Source of the DNA: Clostridia bacterium
GTDB lineage: Bacteria; Bacillota; Clostridia; Oscillospirales; Oscillospiraceae
Assembly: GCA_009929315.1 (NCBI GenBank)
Contig: SAAS01000009.1
Coordinates: 95 to 64,094 of the forward strand
Length of the DNA stretch: 64,000 bases
Direction of reading: 5' to 3'
A program made the translations under genes and the position numbers. Positions 1 to 8,998 of this stretch are shown here, piece after piece. Every line of letters begins with the position of its first letter. The stretch's first letter is position 1. The notes under the pieces were generated by a model. The model worked only from the letters and a program-made list of their open reading frames with translations, had not been told where the DNA came from and did not search any database.

Positions 1-353
1 ACACTATACTTTAATGCTTCGACAATAAAGTATATTGAGATAAAGAACAATATAATAGTACTAAAACAAAAAATAACTTGCCATGTTTCCTTCTTAAAAA
101 TGAAGTCTTTAAACTGATTTGTAACGTCTGATATTAATAAGGTTATAAATACACCCAAAGGAGTCGTCCAAAAAAACTTTAATTTAATTTTATTAAATTT
201 TTTTGTCAATAGTAGTTTTAATTTATCTTCTGTGATAAATAGCATATTTACATTTGGATCACCATAAACGGTTATATTTTTATTAATAACTTCAGAAAAA
301 TCAAGATTTGAACCACCACTAGTTATTGATTGATTAATAATATTACTGTTCAT
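1..353 (-). CDS. hypothetical membrane protein, N-terminal part only (continues past window start)
   Basis: Not in the ORF track because it runs off the window. ATG at 353-351 overlaps the end of the upstream ORF (ATGAACAGTAA), and the frame stays open to position 1. My translation is MNSNIINQSITSGGSNLDFSEV...FFWTTPLGVFITLLISDV...TWQVIFCFSTIILFFISIYFIV, which has two hydrophobic helices. Very AT-rich. Confidence 0.45.
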   Translation of the reverse strand, partial: MNSNIINQSITSGGSNLDFSEVINKNITVYGDPNVNMLFITEDKLKLLLTKKFNKIKLKFFWTTPLGVFITLLISDVTNQFKDFIFKKETWQVIFCFSTIILFFISIYFIVEALKYS

Positions 354-639
354 TATTATTTTCCTCTTTAGACGAGTGCAAATCAACATCAGGTATAATC
401 GCTTTAATCGCGAAATAATCTAGATGACCGCAATTAGAGCAACTAATTATTATTACTGGTATGTTTTTTCCTGAGATATTAAATTCCATTAAATTATCTT
501 GTAATACAACTCTATTCGCTCCATCAATTAATGTGTAAGAGTTACTACCGCAAAATGGACACACAGGCATTTTAATTCTTTTATTCAATTCGTCTACAAC
601 AAATTTTCTATCTGCTTCAGATAAAAAATTAACTTCCAT
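343..639 (-). CDS. small zinc-ribbon protein (two CxxC pairs, YgiT/MqsA-like zinc-finger layout), function unknown
   Basis: 98-aa ORF with CPFC...(36 aa)...CSNC. AT-rich. Its stop overlaps the start of the downstream membrane ORF. Confidence 0.55.
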   Translation of the reverse strand: MEVNFLSEADRKFVVDELNKRIKMPVCPFCGSNSYTLIDGANRVVLQDNLMEFNISGKNIPVIIISCSNCGHLDYFAIKAIIPDVDLHSSKEENNNEQ

Positions 640-714
640 ATTTTCACCCCTTTCACCAATATATTACTTTATATTACTTATAATTACAACAATTATATAC
701 CTTAATATATAAAT

Positions 715-790
715 ATTACCCCTCCTGCTATAAAAGCAGAGGAGGTAATTTAATAAGTATTAGTTTACATATCAAATTGCAGAAGCATAA
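715..790. repeat. composite cassette-boundary repeat, copy A (GC-rich hairpin plus conserved 28-nt motif)
   Basis: Hairpin CCTCCTGCT-ataaa-AGCAGAGGAGG at 721-745, followed by GTTTACATATCAAATTGCAGAAGCATAA at 763-790. Confidence 0.7.
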
Positions 791-833
791 AAATTTTGTT
801 TAATACGGGGGAGACCATTTACAATGAGTTAGA

Positions 834-1292
834 TTAGATATAATTTATACCAATACCGCTACAACCACTTTTTATGTCAAAATAAGAATATATCGTACCC
901 CAGTTAAAATAGTTTTTTTCACTTTTTAGTTTACAAAATCGCTTCAACCATTCGTCACATAATTTTTTATCTTCTTGCATTTGAAGTGGAGTCCAGTCCG
1001 ACCATGAACTAGTTGGGTCTCCATAGCTCTGAGGAAATAATTTAATATGTTCAAGAAATCCCTCTGGATTAAAACATATTGAAATTCTGATACTATTATC
1101 ATTCTTATATATTTGCTCTTTTATATCATACCAAATGTACCCATTACCCATATCGCGAGAGCGCACTACGCGGTTTTCAGGGAACTCATTTTGAAAATTA
1201 TTTTTTAAATATTTAGGCGATAACTGAAGAGAAATATCGCAAAATGTTATTCTACCATTTTTAATATCTATCATAACAATTAACACTTTCAT
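834..1292 (-). CDS. hypothetical protein (152 aa, Trp/Tyr-rich, no motif recognised)
   Basis: Long ORF in the AT-rich island, bounded on both sides by the composite repeat. No obvious Shine-Dalgarno. Confidence 0.5.
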   Translation of the reverse strand: MKVLIVMIDIKNGRITFCDISLQLSPKYLKNNFQNEFPENRVVRSRDMGNGYIWYDIKEQIYKNDNSIRISICFNPEGFLEHIKLFPQSYGDPTSSWSDWTPLQMQEDKKLCDEWLKRFCKLKSEKNYFNWGTIYSYFDIKSGCSGIGINYI

Positions 1293-1336
1293 TTTAGGAT
1301 ATATTTACAGTACTCCCCTACGCCTAAATAGTCAAG

Positions 1337-1410
1337 AACACCCCCCTGCTCTTTCCGCAGAGGGGGGTGTTTTGTCGATATTGGTTTACATAAATATTGA
1401 AGAGGCATAA
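1337..1410. repeat. composite cassette-boundary repeat, copy B
   Basis: Hairpin ACACCCCCCTGC-tctttcc-GCAGAGGGGGGTGT at about 1338-1370, followed by GTTTACATAAATATTGAAGAGGCATAA at 1384-1410. Confidence 0.7.
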
Positions 1411-1440
1411 GAATCTAGTTTATCAGAAGAAAATAGTTTA

Positions 1441-1809
1441 TTACTTGATGAATGCTTTTACTATTAAGGCAACAATTATAACCCAAATTAATACTAAAGG
1501 TATTGCGTAATACCACTTTGTTGGCTTACCATCTTTCCAAAGCTGTTCAGACTCTAAACGACATTGTGCGAATAAATCTTTTGGTATAAGCTTTATTGTG
1601 GCTGATGCCATTAGTGGTAATATAATTATATCATCAAGGTAACCAAGAACAGGTATAAAATCTGGTATTAAATCAATTGGTGATAACGCATATCCTATTG
1701 TCAGAGCTGCTAAAACCTTTGCATACCAAGGAGTTTCTTTCTTCTTTAAAGCCAGATAAACAGCAGGAATATCTATTTTTAAATGTTTTGCTTTCTCATT
1801 TAATTTCAT
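1441..1809 (-). CDS. DUF1232 (YkvA-family) membrane protein
   Basis: Hallmark SPIDLIPDFIPVLGYLDD motif plus a C-terminal transmembrane helix. Confidence 0.75.
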   Translation of the reverse strand: MKLNEKAKHLKIDIPAVYLALKKKETPWYAKVLAALTIGYALSPIDLIPDFIPVLGYLDDIIILPLMASATIKLIPKDLFAQCRLESEQLWKDGKPTKWYYAIPLVLIWVIIVALIVKAFIK

Positions 1810-1884
1810 AAAAATTCCTCTGTTTATTATATTGGTTTAGTCCTTGATATCATAGTTTAAACTATAAAAAGTAAATTGTAAATA

Positions 1885-1950
1885 GCCCTCCTGCTTCGTC
1901 AGCAGATGGGTATATTATTTATTCATTGCGGGTTACATACCAAATTGCAG
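1885..1950. repeat. composite cassette-boundary repeat, copy C (outermost; no minus-strand gene precedes it)
   Basis: Hairpin CCCTCCTGCT-tcgtc-AGCAGATGGG at 1886-1910, followed by GTTACATACCAAATTGCAG at 1932-1950. Confidence 0.65.
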
Positions 1951-2054
1951 GTTTAATTGTCTTGAAGGGTAATTTGTCCGGATTAAAAAAACAGCCATTT
2001 ACTTGATCGTAGTTTAATAGTAAAATATTATAAATTACTGCAAACGAGGAATTT

Positions 2055-2738
2055 ATGGATTATAAAATATTACTGTTTGATTTAGACGATACCTTGCTTG
2101 ACTTCGGTGCAAACGAAGCCGCTTCACTTAAAAGGTTGTTCTGTGAGCACGGACTAAATTTAACGCATGAATTGTTTCAAATATACAGCGCGGTTAACGA
2201 GCGGCTCTGGTCTGACTGTGAAAGGGGTCTTATCCCCTTGAGCGAGGTACTTAATACCAGATTCTCGCGAACATTGTTAAATATTGGACATTCTGGGGAT
2301 GGCGCCGCGTGGGAAAGGCGTTACAGAGAACTTCTGGGCGAAGGTACTCAGCTAATAGACGGAGCTTTTGAGCTTTGTCGCAGCCTAGCCTTTTCACACA
2401 GGCTTTTTATAATAACAAACGGAGTTACAGAAACCCAAATAAGTCGCCTCAGACGCTCCGGATTGTATGAATGCTTTGAAGATGTTTTTATATCGCAAGA
2501 AATTGGCTATCAGAAGCCATCTAAGGAATTTTTCAAATATGTTACTTCGCACATTTGTGATTTCAGTGCTGAAAACGCGTTAGTAATCGGCGATTCTCTG
2601 AACGCCGATATCAAAGGCGGAATTTTGGCGGGAATTGACACCTGTTGGCTGAACAGAAACTTAAAGCCGCTCTCAAGCGAAATTCGAAGCACATATATAA
2701 TTTCAAATCTGGAGCAATTGCACGGCATTTTGAGTTAA
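2055..2738 (+). CDS. HAD-IA family hydrolase, YjjG-like nucleotidase
   Basis: N-terminal LFDLDDTLLDF motif and C-terminal GDS..ADI.GG motif. SD GAGGA precedes the ATG. Confidence 0.75.
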   Translation: MDYKILLFDLDDTLLDFGANEAASLKRLFCEHGLNLTHELFQIYSAVNERLWSDCERGLIPLSEVLNTRFSRTLLNIGHSGDGAAWERRYRELLGEGTQLIDGAFELCRSLAFSHRLFIITNGVTETQISRLRRSGLYECFEDVFISQEIGYQKPSKEFFKYVTSHICDFSAENALVIGDSLNADIKGGILAGIDTCWLNRNLKPLSSEIRSTYIISNLEQLHGILS

Positions 2739-2830
2739 GGCTACCCTCCCCTCTTCCCTGCTCTAATTTGGGATCTAATTAATAGAGGTAAACATAATAT
2801 ACATAATAGTATGTTATGTTAATGCTGACA

Positions 2831-2873
2831 AAAAATCAAAATCCCCGACATTCAAAGAAAGAGTGTCGGGGAT
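2831..2873 (-). terminator. rho-independent terminator of the glutamate-synthase-like gene
   Basis: Hairpin TCCCCGACA...TGTCGGGGA followed by a U-run on the minus strand. Confidence 0.7.
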
Positions 2874-2896
2874 TAAATTATTGGAAATTATTCCGC

Positions 2897-4492
2897 TTAT
2901 TTTGAATTTAGAATTTCAAGTGCCTCATCGCGATAGCAGTCCATTAAATACGGAATTCCGGTTACTTTGGCACATTCGTCGGTCAAAGACATAAGCTCTT
3001 TTCTTGTGATTGCAGCGACATTGAAGCAGCGCGCGCCCGCCATAAGCTGCTGAAGACCGACCTTTATTTTGTCGGCGTAGCTGTAAATTCCGATTGCGCC
3101 CAGAGGCACGTTTTTGATTTCATCAGCGCCGACAATATCCTTAACCTTCTCATAATTAACAAAAATCTCTTCGGGTGTATGACCAAACTCGCTCACAGTT
3201 TTGGGAAGATCATTTTCTTTCATCCAAAGTTCGATGTTTTTGCCGACCATTCCGGGTATCATAAGCGCACGACCCATGCAGACCGCTTTGACGTAAGGCG
3301 CGCCAAGAGCCAGAGCCTTAAATACACCGTCTTCAGAGCTGAAACCGCCTGCAAAGGCGAGATCTGGAACTCTTTCACCGTTATTGGCAAGAATTGAAGC
3401 AAACTCAAGCGCGGCGCTGTGCAGGTAAATTGAGGGCATTCCCCATTCTTCCATCATCCTCCACGGGCTCATACCTGTTCCGCCGCTTGAGCCATCAATT
3501 GTCAGAAGATCGATTTTCGCCTTTGAGCACCATTTGATAGCCATAGCCAGCTCGCGCAGACCGTAAGCGCCTGTTTTCAAGGTTATTCTCTTAAAGCCGA
3601 GTGCGCGCAGGCGTTCGACCTCCTGCATAAAGCCCTCTTCGCTTATGAATCCAAGCCTGCTGTGGCGCTCAAATTCCTTTATTGCGCCGGATTTAAAGGC
3701 CTGCTGATTTATCTTGTCCGAGGGATCCGGAGTGACGATATAGCCCCTTCTCTGAAGCTCCAAAGCTCGGTCAAGGGATGCGACCTTGATTTCACCGCCG
3801 ATGCATTTTGCGCCCTGGCCCCACTTGAGCTCTATAGTTTCAATGCCGTGTTTATCAATTATATATTCCGCAACACCGAGCCTTGTGTCCTCAACATTCA
3901 TCTGAATAAGAATTTCACCAAAGCCTCTGTGGTATTTGCGGTAAGCGCCTATACGCCTGTCCATATCGGGGGCCTTAGTAACTTTGTTATCCTTGCTCAG
4001 TTCCAGAGCCGGATCGATACCGCAGACATTTTCGCCGCAAACCAAGGTAACTCCAGATAGAGCCGCGCCGGCAGCAAAATGCTCCCAGTTTTTACGAGCG
4101 ATCTCCGTTGATCCGAGTGCACCCGTGAATATCGGAACAGACATTTTTACTTTTTTGTCCCAGCCATATTCGGTGCTTGTGTCAACAGCGGGAAACCTTG
4201 CCGTATCAGGGTCAGGAGTGACGCCTTCAGGCAGACCGTTGGCCCCGAATGCATAGCCCTGAATATTAAGATGAGAATAGTCGACAGGATATTCCTTGTC
4301 ACCTCCCGCAGTAATATCCCCGAACGGACCCGGATAAATCAGCTCTCTGCCGCGAAATGTTGATTTAAAGACTTCGCAGTTTCCGCGGCAACCGTCAACG
4401 CAGCGTGAGCACAGACCGCTGGATGGGACTACGCTTTTGGATCTGTTGGCAGTACGGGTTGCATCATTGCTGTTGGGCGAACTAAGATTCAT
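2897..4492 (-). CDS. FMN-binding glutamate synthase family protein (GltB domain-2-like) with N-terminal Cys cluster
   Basis: CSRCVDGCRGNCEV cluster, DGSSGGTGMSP motif and a TIM-barrel-type GltS FMN-domain pattern. SD GGAGG. Confidence 0.8.
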   Translation of the reverse strand: MNLSSPNSNDATRTANRSKSVVPSSGLCSRCVDGCRGNCEVFKSTFRGRELIYPGPFGDITAGGDKEYPVDYSHLNIQGYAFGANGLPEGVTPDPDTARFPAVDTSTEYGWDKKVKMSVPIFTGALGSTEIARKNWEHFAAGAALSGVTLVCGENVCGIDPALELSKDNKVTKAPDMDRRIGAYRKYHRGFGEILIQMNVEDTRLGVAEYIIDKHGIETIELKWGQGAKCIGGEIKVASLDRALELQRRGYIVTPDPSDKINQQAFKSGAIKEFERHSRLGFISEEGFMQEVERLRALGFKRITLKTGAYGLRELAMAIKWCSKAKIDLLTIDGSSGGTGMSPWRMMEEWGMPSIYLHSAALEFASILANNGERVPDLAFAGGFSSEDGVFKALALGAPYVKAVCMGRALMIPGMVGKNIELWMKENDLPKTVSEFGHTPEEIFVNYEKVKDIVGADEIKNVPLGAIGIYSYADKIKVGLQQLMAGARCFNVAAITRKELMSLTDECAKVTGIPYLMDCYRDEALEILNSK

Positions 4493-4608
4493 TTTTGCGA
4501 CCTCCGATTATGTATATATAGTGGATAAACATCCCTTGTCAGAGTATATAATATATGCAATATGTTGTCAATAAAAGGGGTCATGCTCCGTAAATATTTA
4601 GAATTGCA

Positions 4609-4664
4609 CAAATAAAAGAGTGTCGATGCCGGAATCAAAGCGATTCTCCGGTATCAACACTCTT
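4609..4664 (-). terminator. rho-independent terminator of ppdK
   Basis: 18-bp arms AAGAGTGTCGATGCCGGA / TCCGGTATCAACACTCTT with a U-rich tail on the minus strand. Confidence 0.7.
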
Positions 4665-4731
4665 ATATTGCGGCTTTTTATTCGCATAATATGAAACAGT
4701 GCTTACTTAGTTAAGCCCCTCTTTAAAGTCT

Positions 4732-7362
4732 CTATTTGGGGAACTTCAGTGCTGCCTGAGCCGCCGCGAGACGTGCAATCGGCACGCGGAACGGCGAGCA
4801 GGAAACGTAGTTAAGACCGAGCTTGTGGCAAAATTCAACGGAGGAGGGATCGCCGCCGTGTTCGCCGCAGATTCCGATTTTCAGCTCGGGACGGGCTTCG
4901 CGTCCAAGCTTAACAGCCATCTCAACGAGCTTGCCGACGCCTGTCTGGTCAAGGCGCGCAAAGGGATCGGATTCCAGAATCTTCTTCTGATAATAGGCGT
5001 CAAGGAACTTACCGGCATCATCACGGGAGAAGCCGAAAGTCATCTGTGTAAGGTCGTTCGTTCCGAAGGAGAAGAACTCCGCTTCCTTGCCGATTGCGTC
5101 TGCCGTAACGCAGGCGCGCGGGATTTCAATCATTGTGCCGACCTTATAGTGCAAATCTGTTCCGCTTTCCTTGATAAGCGCGTCCGCGGTGTCGGTTACA
5201 ATCTTTTTTACATACTGAAATTCCTTGACTTCGCCGACAAGCGGAATCATAATCTCGGGAACGAGCGCCCAATCGGGGTGCTTTTTCTTGGTGTTGATGG
5301 CGGCCTTGATGACAGCCCTTGTCTGCATAACTGCGATTTCGGGATAAGTGACGGCAAGACGGCAGCCGCGGTGACCCATCATCGGGTTAAACTCATGCAG
5401 GGAGGCGATGATTGCCTTGATATCCGCTACGGTTTTGCCGACATCCTTAGCAAGAAGCTCAATGTCCTCCTCTTCGGTGGGCAGGAACTCGTGGAGGGGC
5501 GGGTCGAGATAACGGATAGTTACGGGGCAGCCTTCCATGGCCTCATAAATGCCCTCAAAATCGGACTGCTGCATGGGCAGGAGCTTATCAAGAGCCTTTT
5601 CGCGCTGCTCAACGGTCTCGGCGCAAATCATCTCGCGAATTGCGGGAATGCGGTCCGCTTCAAAGAACATATGCTCTGTGCGGGTCAGACCGATACCCTC
5701 GGCGCCAAACTTGCGTGCCTGAGCCGCGTCCTTCGGCGTATCGGCGTTTGTGCGCACGTTAAGAGTTCTGTATTTGTCGGCCCAAGCCATAAGACGTCCG
5801 AACTCGCCGCCGATAACGGCGTCCATAGTCTTAATCGCGGAACCGTAAATGTTGCCTGTGGAGCCATCGAGGCTGAGCCAGTCACCCTCTTTATAGACCT
5901 TGCCGCCGAGCTCAAAGCGCTTGTTTTCCTCGTCCATCTTGATTGCGCCGCAGCCTGCTACGCAGCAGGCGCCCATTCCGCGAGCGACAACCGCCGCGTG
6001 GGAGGTCATGCCGCCTCTGACGGTGAGGATACCTTGAGCGGCTGCCATTCCTTCAATGTCCTCGGGAGAGGTTTCAAGGCGAACAAGAATGACCTTTTCG
6101 CCCTTCTCGGCCCATTCCTTTGCGACATCAGCGGAGAAAACGGCTTTGCCGCAGGCTGCACCGGGGGAAGCTGCAAGTCCTGTGCCGATAACAACGGCGC
6201 TCTTGAGCGCGCCGGTTTCAAACTGGGGGTGAAGGAGAGTGTCAAGATTTCTGGGGTCAATCATGAGCACCGCTTCTTTTTCGGAGATAACGCCCTCATC
6301 AACGAGGTCGCAGGCAATCTTTAAAGCGGCGGCGGCTGTGCGCTTGCCGTTTCTTGTCTGGAGCATGAAGAGTTTTTTGTCCTCAATTGTGAACTCCATA
6401 TCCTGCATATCGCGGTAATGGCTCTCAAGCTTGGCGCAGATTTTAACGAAATCATTATAAGCCTCGGGCATAACATCCTTGAGCTGGTCGATTGTCTGCG
6501 GAGTACGGATTCCCGCGACAACGTCCTCGCCCTGGGCGTTCATAAGAAATTCGCCAAAGAGCTTCTTTTCGCCTGTTGCGGGGTTGCGGGTGAAGGCAAC
6601 GCCTGTTCCCGAAGTGTCGCCGAGGTTTCCGAACACCATTTCCTGAACGCTGACTGCTGTGCCCCACGAGCCGGGAATATCGTTCATGCGGCGGTAAACA
6701 ATCGCTCTGTTGTTGTTCCAGGAGCGAAAAACAGCCTTAATCGCGCCCATAAGCTGCTGTTTGGGGTCCGTCGGGAACTCGACTCCGATTTTTGCCTTGT
6801 ATTCGTCTCTGAACTGCTTGGCGAGCATTTTGAGGTCTTCCGCCGTAAGCTCGGTGTCCTGATGAACTCCGCGCTCTTCCTTCATTTTATCTATAAGCTC
6901 TTCAAAATACTTCTTGCCGACTTCCATTACGACATCGGAATACATCTGAATAAAACGTCTGTAACAGTCATAAGCCCAGCGAGGGTTGCCGGATTTTTTT
7001 GCTATAACTTCTACGACTTCTTCATTAAGTCCGAGATTCAAAATTGTGTCCATCATGCCGGGCATTGAAGCGCGCGCGCCCGAACGTACGGATACAAGGA
7101 GCGGATTTTCCTTGTCGCCGAACTTTTTGCCGGTCTGCTGCTCCAGCGTTGCGACATAAGCCATAATTTCTTCCTGTATTTCAAGGGAAATGACTTCTCC
7201 GTCGTCATAATACCTTGTGCAGGCTTCGGTGGTGACAGTAAAGCCTCTCGGTACAGGCATTCCGAGGTTTGACATCTCTGCGAGATTTGCACCTTTTCCG
7301 CCAAGCAGCTCTTTCATTTTGCCGTTGCCTTCTGAAAACAGGTACACATATTTATTGCTCAT
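4732..7362 (-). CDS. ppdK: pyruvate, phosphate dikinase
   Basis: MSNKYVYLFSEG..GGKGANLAEM N-terminus, phosphohistidine region GGMTSHAAVVARG, PEP-utilising C-terminal domain. Start moved to the ATG at 7362, which is preceded by AAGGAGG. The ORF-track start at 7392 lacks an SD. The stop codon is TAG. Confidence 0.95.
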   Translation of the reverse strand: MSNKYVYLFSEGNGKMKELLGGKGANLAEMSNLGMPVPRGFTVTTEACTRYYDDGEVISLEIQEEIMAYVATLEQQTGKKFGDKENPLLVSVRSGARASMPGMMDTILNLGLNEEVVEVIAKKSGNPRWAYDCYRRFIQMYSDVVMEVGKKYFEELIDKMKEERGVHQDTELTAEDLKMLAKQFRDEYKAKIGVEFPTDPKQQLMGAIKAVFRSWNNNRAIVYRRMNDIPGSWGTAVSVQEMVFGNLGDTSGTGVAFTRNPATGEKKLFGEFLMNAQGEDVVAGIRTPQTIDQLKDVMPEAYNDFVKICAKLESHYRDMQDMEFTIEDKKLFMLQTRNGKRTAAAALKIACDLVDEGVISEKEAVLMIDPRNLDTLLHPQFETGALKSAVVIGTGLAASPGAACGKAVFSADVAKEWAEKGEKVILVRLETSPEDIEGMAAAQGILTVRGGMTSHAAVVARGMGACCVAGCGAIKMDEENKRFELGGKVYKEGDWLSLDGSTGNIYGSAIKTMDAVIGGEFGRLMAWADKYRTLNVRTNADTPKDAAQARKFGAEGIGLTRTEHMFFEADRIPAIREMICAETVEQREKALDKLLPMQQSDFEGIYEAMEGCPVTIRYLDPPLHEFLPTEEEDIELLAKDVGKTVADIKAIIASLHEFNPMMGHRGCRLAVTYPEIAVMQTRAVIKAAINTKKKHPDWALVPEIMIPLVGEVKEFQYVKKIVTDTADALIKESGTDLHYKVGTMIEIPRACVTADAIGKEAEFFSFGTNDLTQMTFGFSRDDAGKFLDAYYQKKILESDPFARLDQTGVGKLVEMAVKLGREARPELKIGICGEHGGDPSSVEFCHKLGLNYVSCSPFRVPIARLAAAQAALKFPK

Positions 7363-7520
7363 AACGTTCCTCCTTATAGTGTGCATATTCACATTGCATC
7401 TTGCTGAAAGTGTGAATATTTGAATTTTCTAATGCTATATTACCATACTTGTTAGGATAAATCAAATGTTACATACGTCCGTTCAGAATATTTTTCATTC
7501 ATATTTTGTGCAAAACTCAT

Positions 7521-7556
7521 AAAAAATGCTCTTCATACCGCTGAAGAGCATTTTTT
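7521..7556 (-). terminator. rho-independent terminator of mnmE (symmetric, A/T runs on both sides)
   Basis: AAAAAATGCTCTTCA-taccgc-TGAAGAGCATTTTTT. Confidence 0.75.
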
Positions 7557-7559
7557 ATG

Positions 7560-8927
7560 TTATTTTCCGACGCAAAACCTTTCAAAAATTCGTCTGGTAA
7601 CGTCTTCCCGAACTGTTTTACCGGAAAGCTCCCCAAGCGCTGAAAGAGCCATTTCGGCTTCGGTCAGAACAATATCGGGCGTCGCCTGCGACTTCATTGC
7701 CATAATTGCCTCGTCTATCGCGCTCAAGGCTCTCTTGACAGCATCGGCGTGGCGCGAATTTGTAATTATCTCGCCGGCGGGTGTATTCGGCAGCGGAAAC
7801 AGCGAGGCAACGGCTTCATCCAAAGCCTCAAGTCCCGTTCGGTCAAGAGCGGAAACAGGGCAGACAATTTCAAAGCTTGAGCCAATCGCAAAAGTATCAA
7901 GCTTTTGCGGAAGGTCACTCTTGTTGATTACCGCTATTGAGCGTTTAGCGGTTTTTGCCGCTTCAATCGCCTGAGAGTCCTCGGGGGAAAGCTCTTGCGA
8001 GCCGTCAAAAACAGCAAGCACAAGCTCGGAGGCAATCGCCGCTCCCATTGCCCGTTCAATACCCATTTGTTCAATCGGGTCTTCCGTGCCGCGAAGCCCA
8101 GCCGTGTCGGTGAGCAGAAGCTTGATTCCTCCGATAGTCACTCCTTCTTCAAGCGTGTCGCGCGTTGTTCCCGGAACGGCAGTTACGATTGCCCTTTCAT
8201 AACCGACAAGCGCGTTTAAAAGCGAGGACTTTCCCGCGTTCGGTCTGCCGACTATCGCAGCCTTCACACCGCTCTTCATGACTTTTCCGCGCTCGAAGCT
8301 CGCGAGAAGCGCCATTAGCTCTCCCCTCGCCTTTTCAAGCGTTCCCGTGTACGCTTCCATGCGAAATTCGTCAATTTCCTCGTCCGGATAATCCAGAACC
8401 GCGTGGTAATGAGATATTATGTCAACCAATTCGGCATATATAGCCTCGGTACGGCGCAAAATCGCACCGCCGAGCTGACCTGCGGCGTTTTTGGCGGCTT
8501 CGCTTGTGTCAGATTCAATCAGGTCAATGACCGCCTCCGCCTGCGTTAAGTCCATTCGCCCGTTGAGAAACGCCCGTTTGGTGAACTCGCCCGGCAAAGC
8601 CTGACGTGCTCCGCGGCTAAAGAGAGCCTCAAGCGCAAGACGCAGCACCGTCGGCGAGCCGTGACAGTGAAATTCGGCTGTATTTTCGCCTGTGTAGCTG
8701 TTGGGTGCGCGGCTCACTGTACATAGGCAGTGGTCGAGAGTTTCGCCATTTGCGCTTTGAAGCAGCCCGAGCACGAGAGTACGGTCGGGATAGTCTGAAA
8801 GTTTTTTACCCGATGAAGGGTGAAAGATTGAGCTTGCTATTTTTATGGAGTCAGCTCCGGAAAGTCTGACAATTCCTATTGCGGAGACTACATTTCCGGT
8901 GGCAATCGCAGCAATTGTATCCGACAA
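7560..8927 (-). CDS. mnmE: tRNA modification GTPase MnmE
   Basis: IAAIAT N-terminus, G-domain GRPNAGKSSLLN, C-terminal FCVGK. TTG start with SD AGAGGTGA. Confidence 0.93.
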   Translation of the reverse strand: MSDTIAAIATGNVVSAIGIVRLSGADSIKIASSIFHPSSGKKLSDYPDRTLVLGLLQSANGETLDHCLCTVSRAPNSYTGENTAEFHCHGSPTVLRLALEALFSRGARQALPGEFTKRAFLNGRMDLTQAEAVIDLIESDTSEAAKNAAGQLGGAILRRTEAIYAELVDIISHYHAVLDYPDEEIDEFRMEAYTGTLEKARGELMALLASFERGKVMKSGVKAAIVGRPNAGKSSLLNALVGYERAIVTAVPGTTRDTLEEGVTIGGIKLLLTDTAGLRGTEDPIEQMGIERAMGAAIASELVLAVFDGSQELSPEDSQAIEAAKTAKRSIAVINKSDLPQKLDTFAIGSSFEIVCPVSALDRTGLEALDEAVASLFPLPNTPAGEIITNSRHADAVKRALSAIDEAIMAMKSQATPDIVLTEAEMALSALGELSGKTVREDVTRRIFERFCVGK

Positions 8928-8998
8928 GGTATCACCTCTTAGTAAAAATGCGGCCTTCCTGACTTGGAGCTGATTCCATTACAGGACGGCCGCGATAT

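Noticed and set aside
715-1955. The cassette repeats as integron attC sites
   Set aside because: No integrase gene and no attI-like site are in view; the adjacent gene is a HAD hydrolase. I could not find the GTTRRRY / RYYYAAC core pair in the required arrangement. Kept as a generic cassette-boundary repeat instead.
4825-6324. 499-aa plus-strand ORF, and several shorter ORFs on both strands, inside the ppdK region
   Set aside because: It lies entirely antisense to a full-length, motif-rich pyruvate phosphate dikinase gene. The translation is low-complexity and Ala/Gly/Leu-rich with no motifs, which is typical of shadow ORFs opposite GC-rich third-position genes.
7385-7419. The ppdK leader inverted repeat as a Rex operator
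   Set aside because: The half-sites occur in the order TTCACA...TGTGAA with a 17-nt gap, not as the TGTGAA-N6-TTCACA palindrome. It is reported only as an unexplained hairpin.
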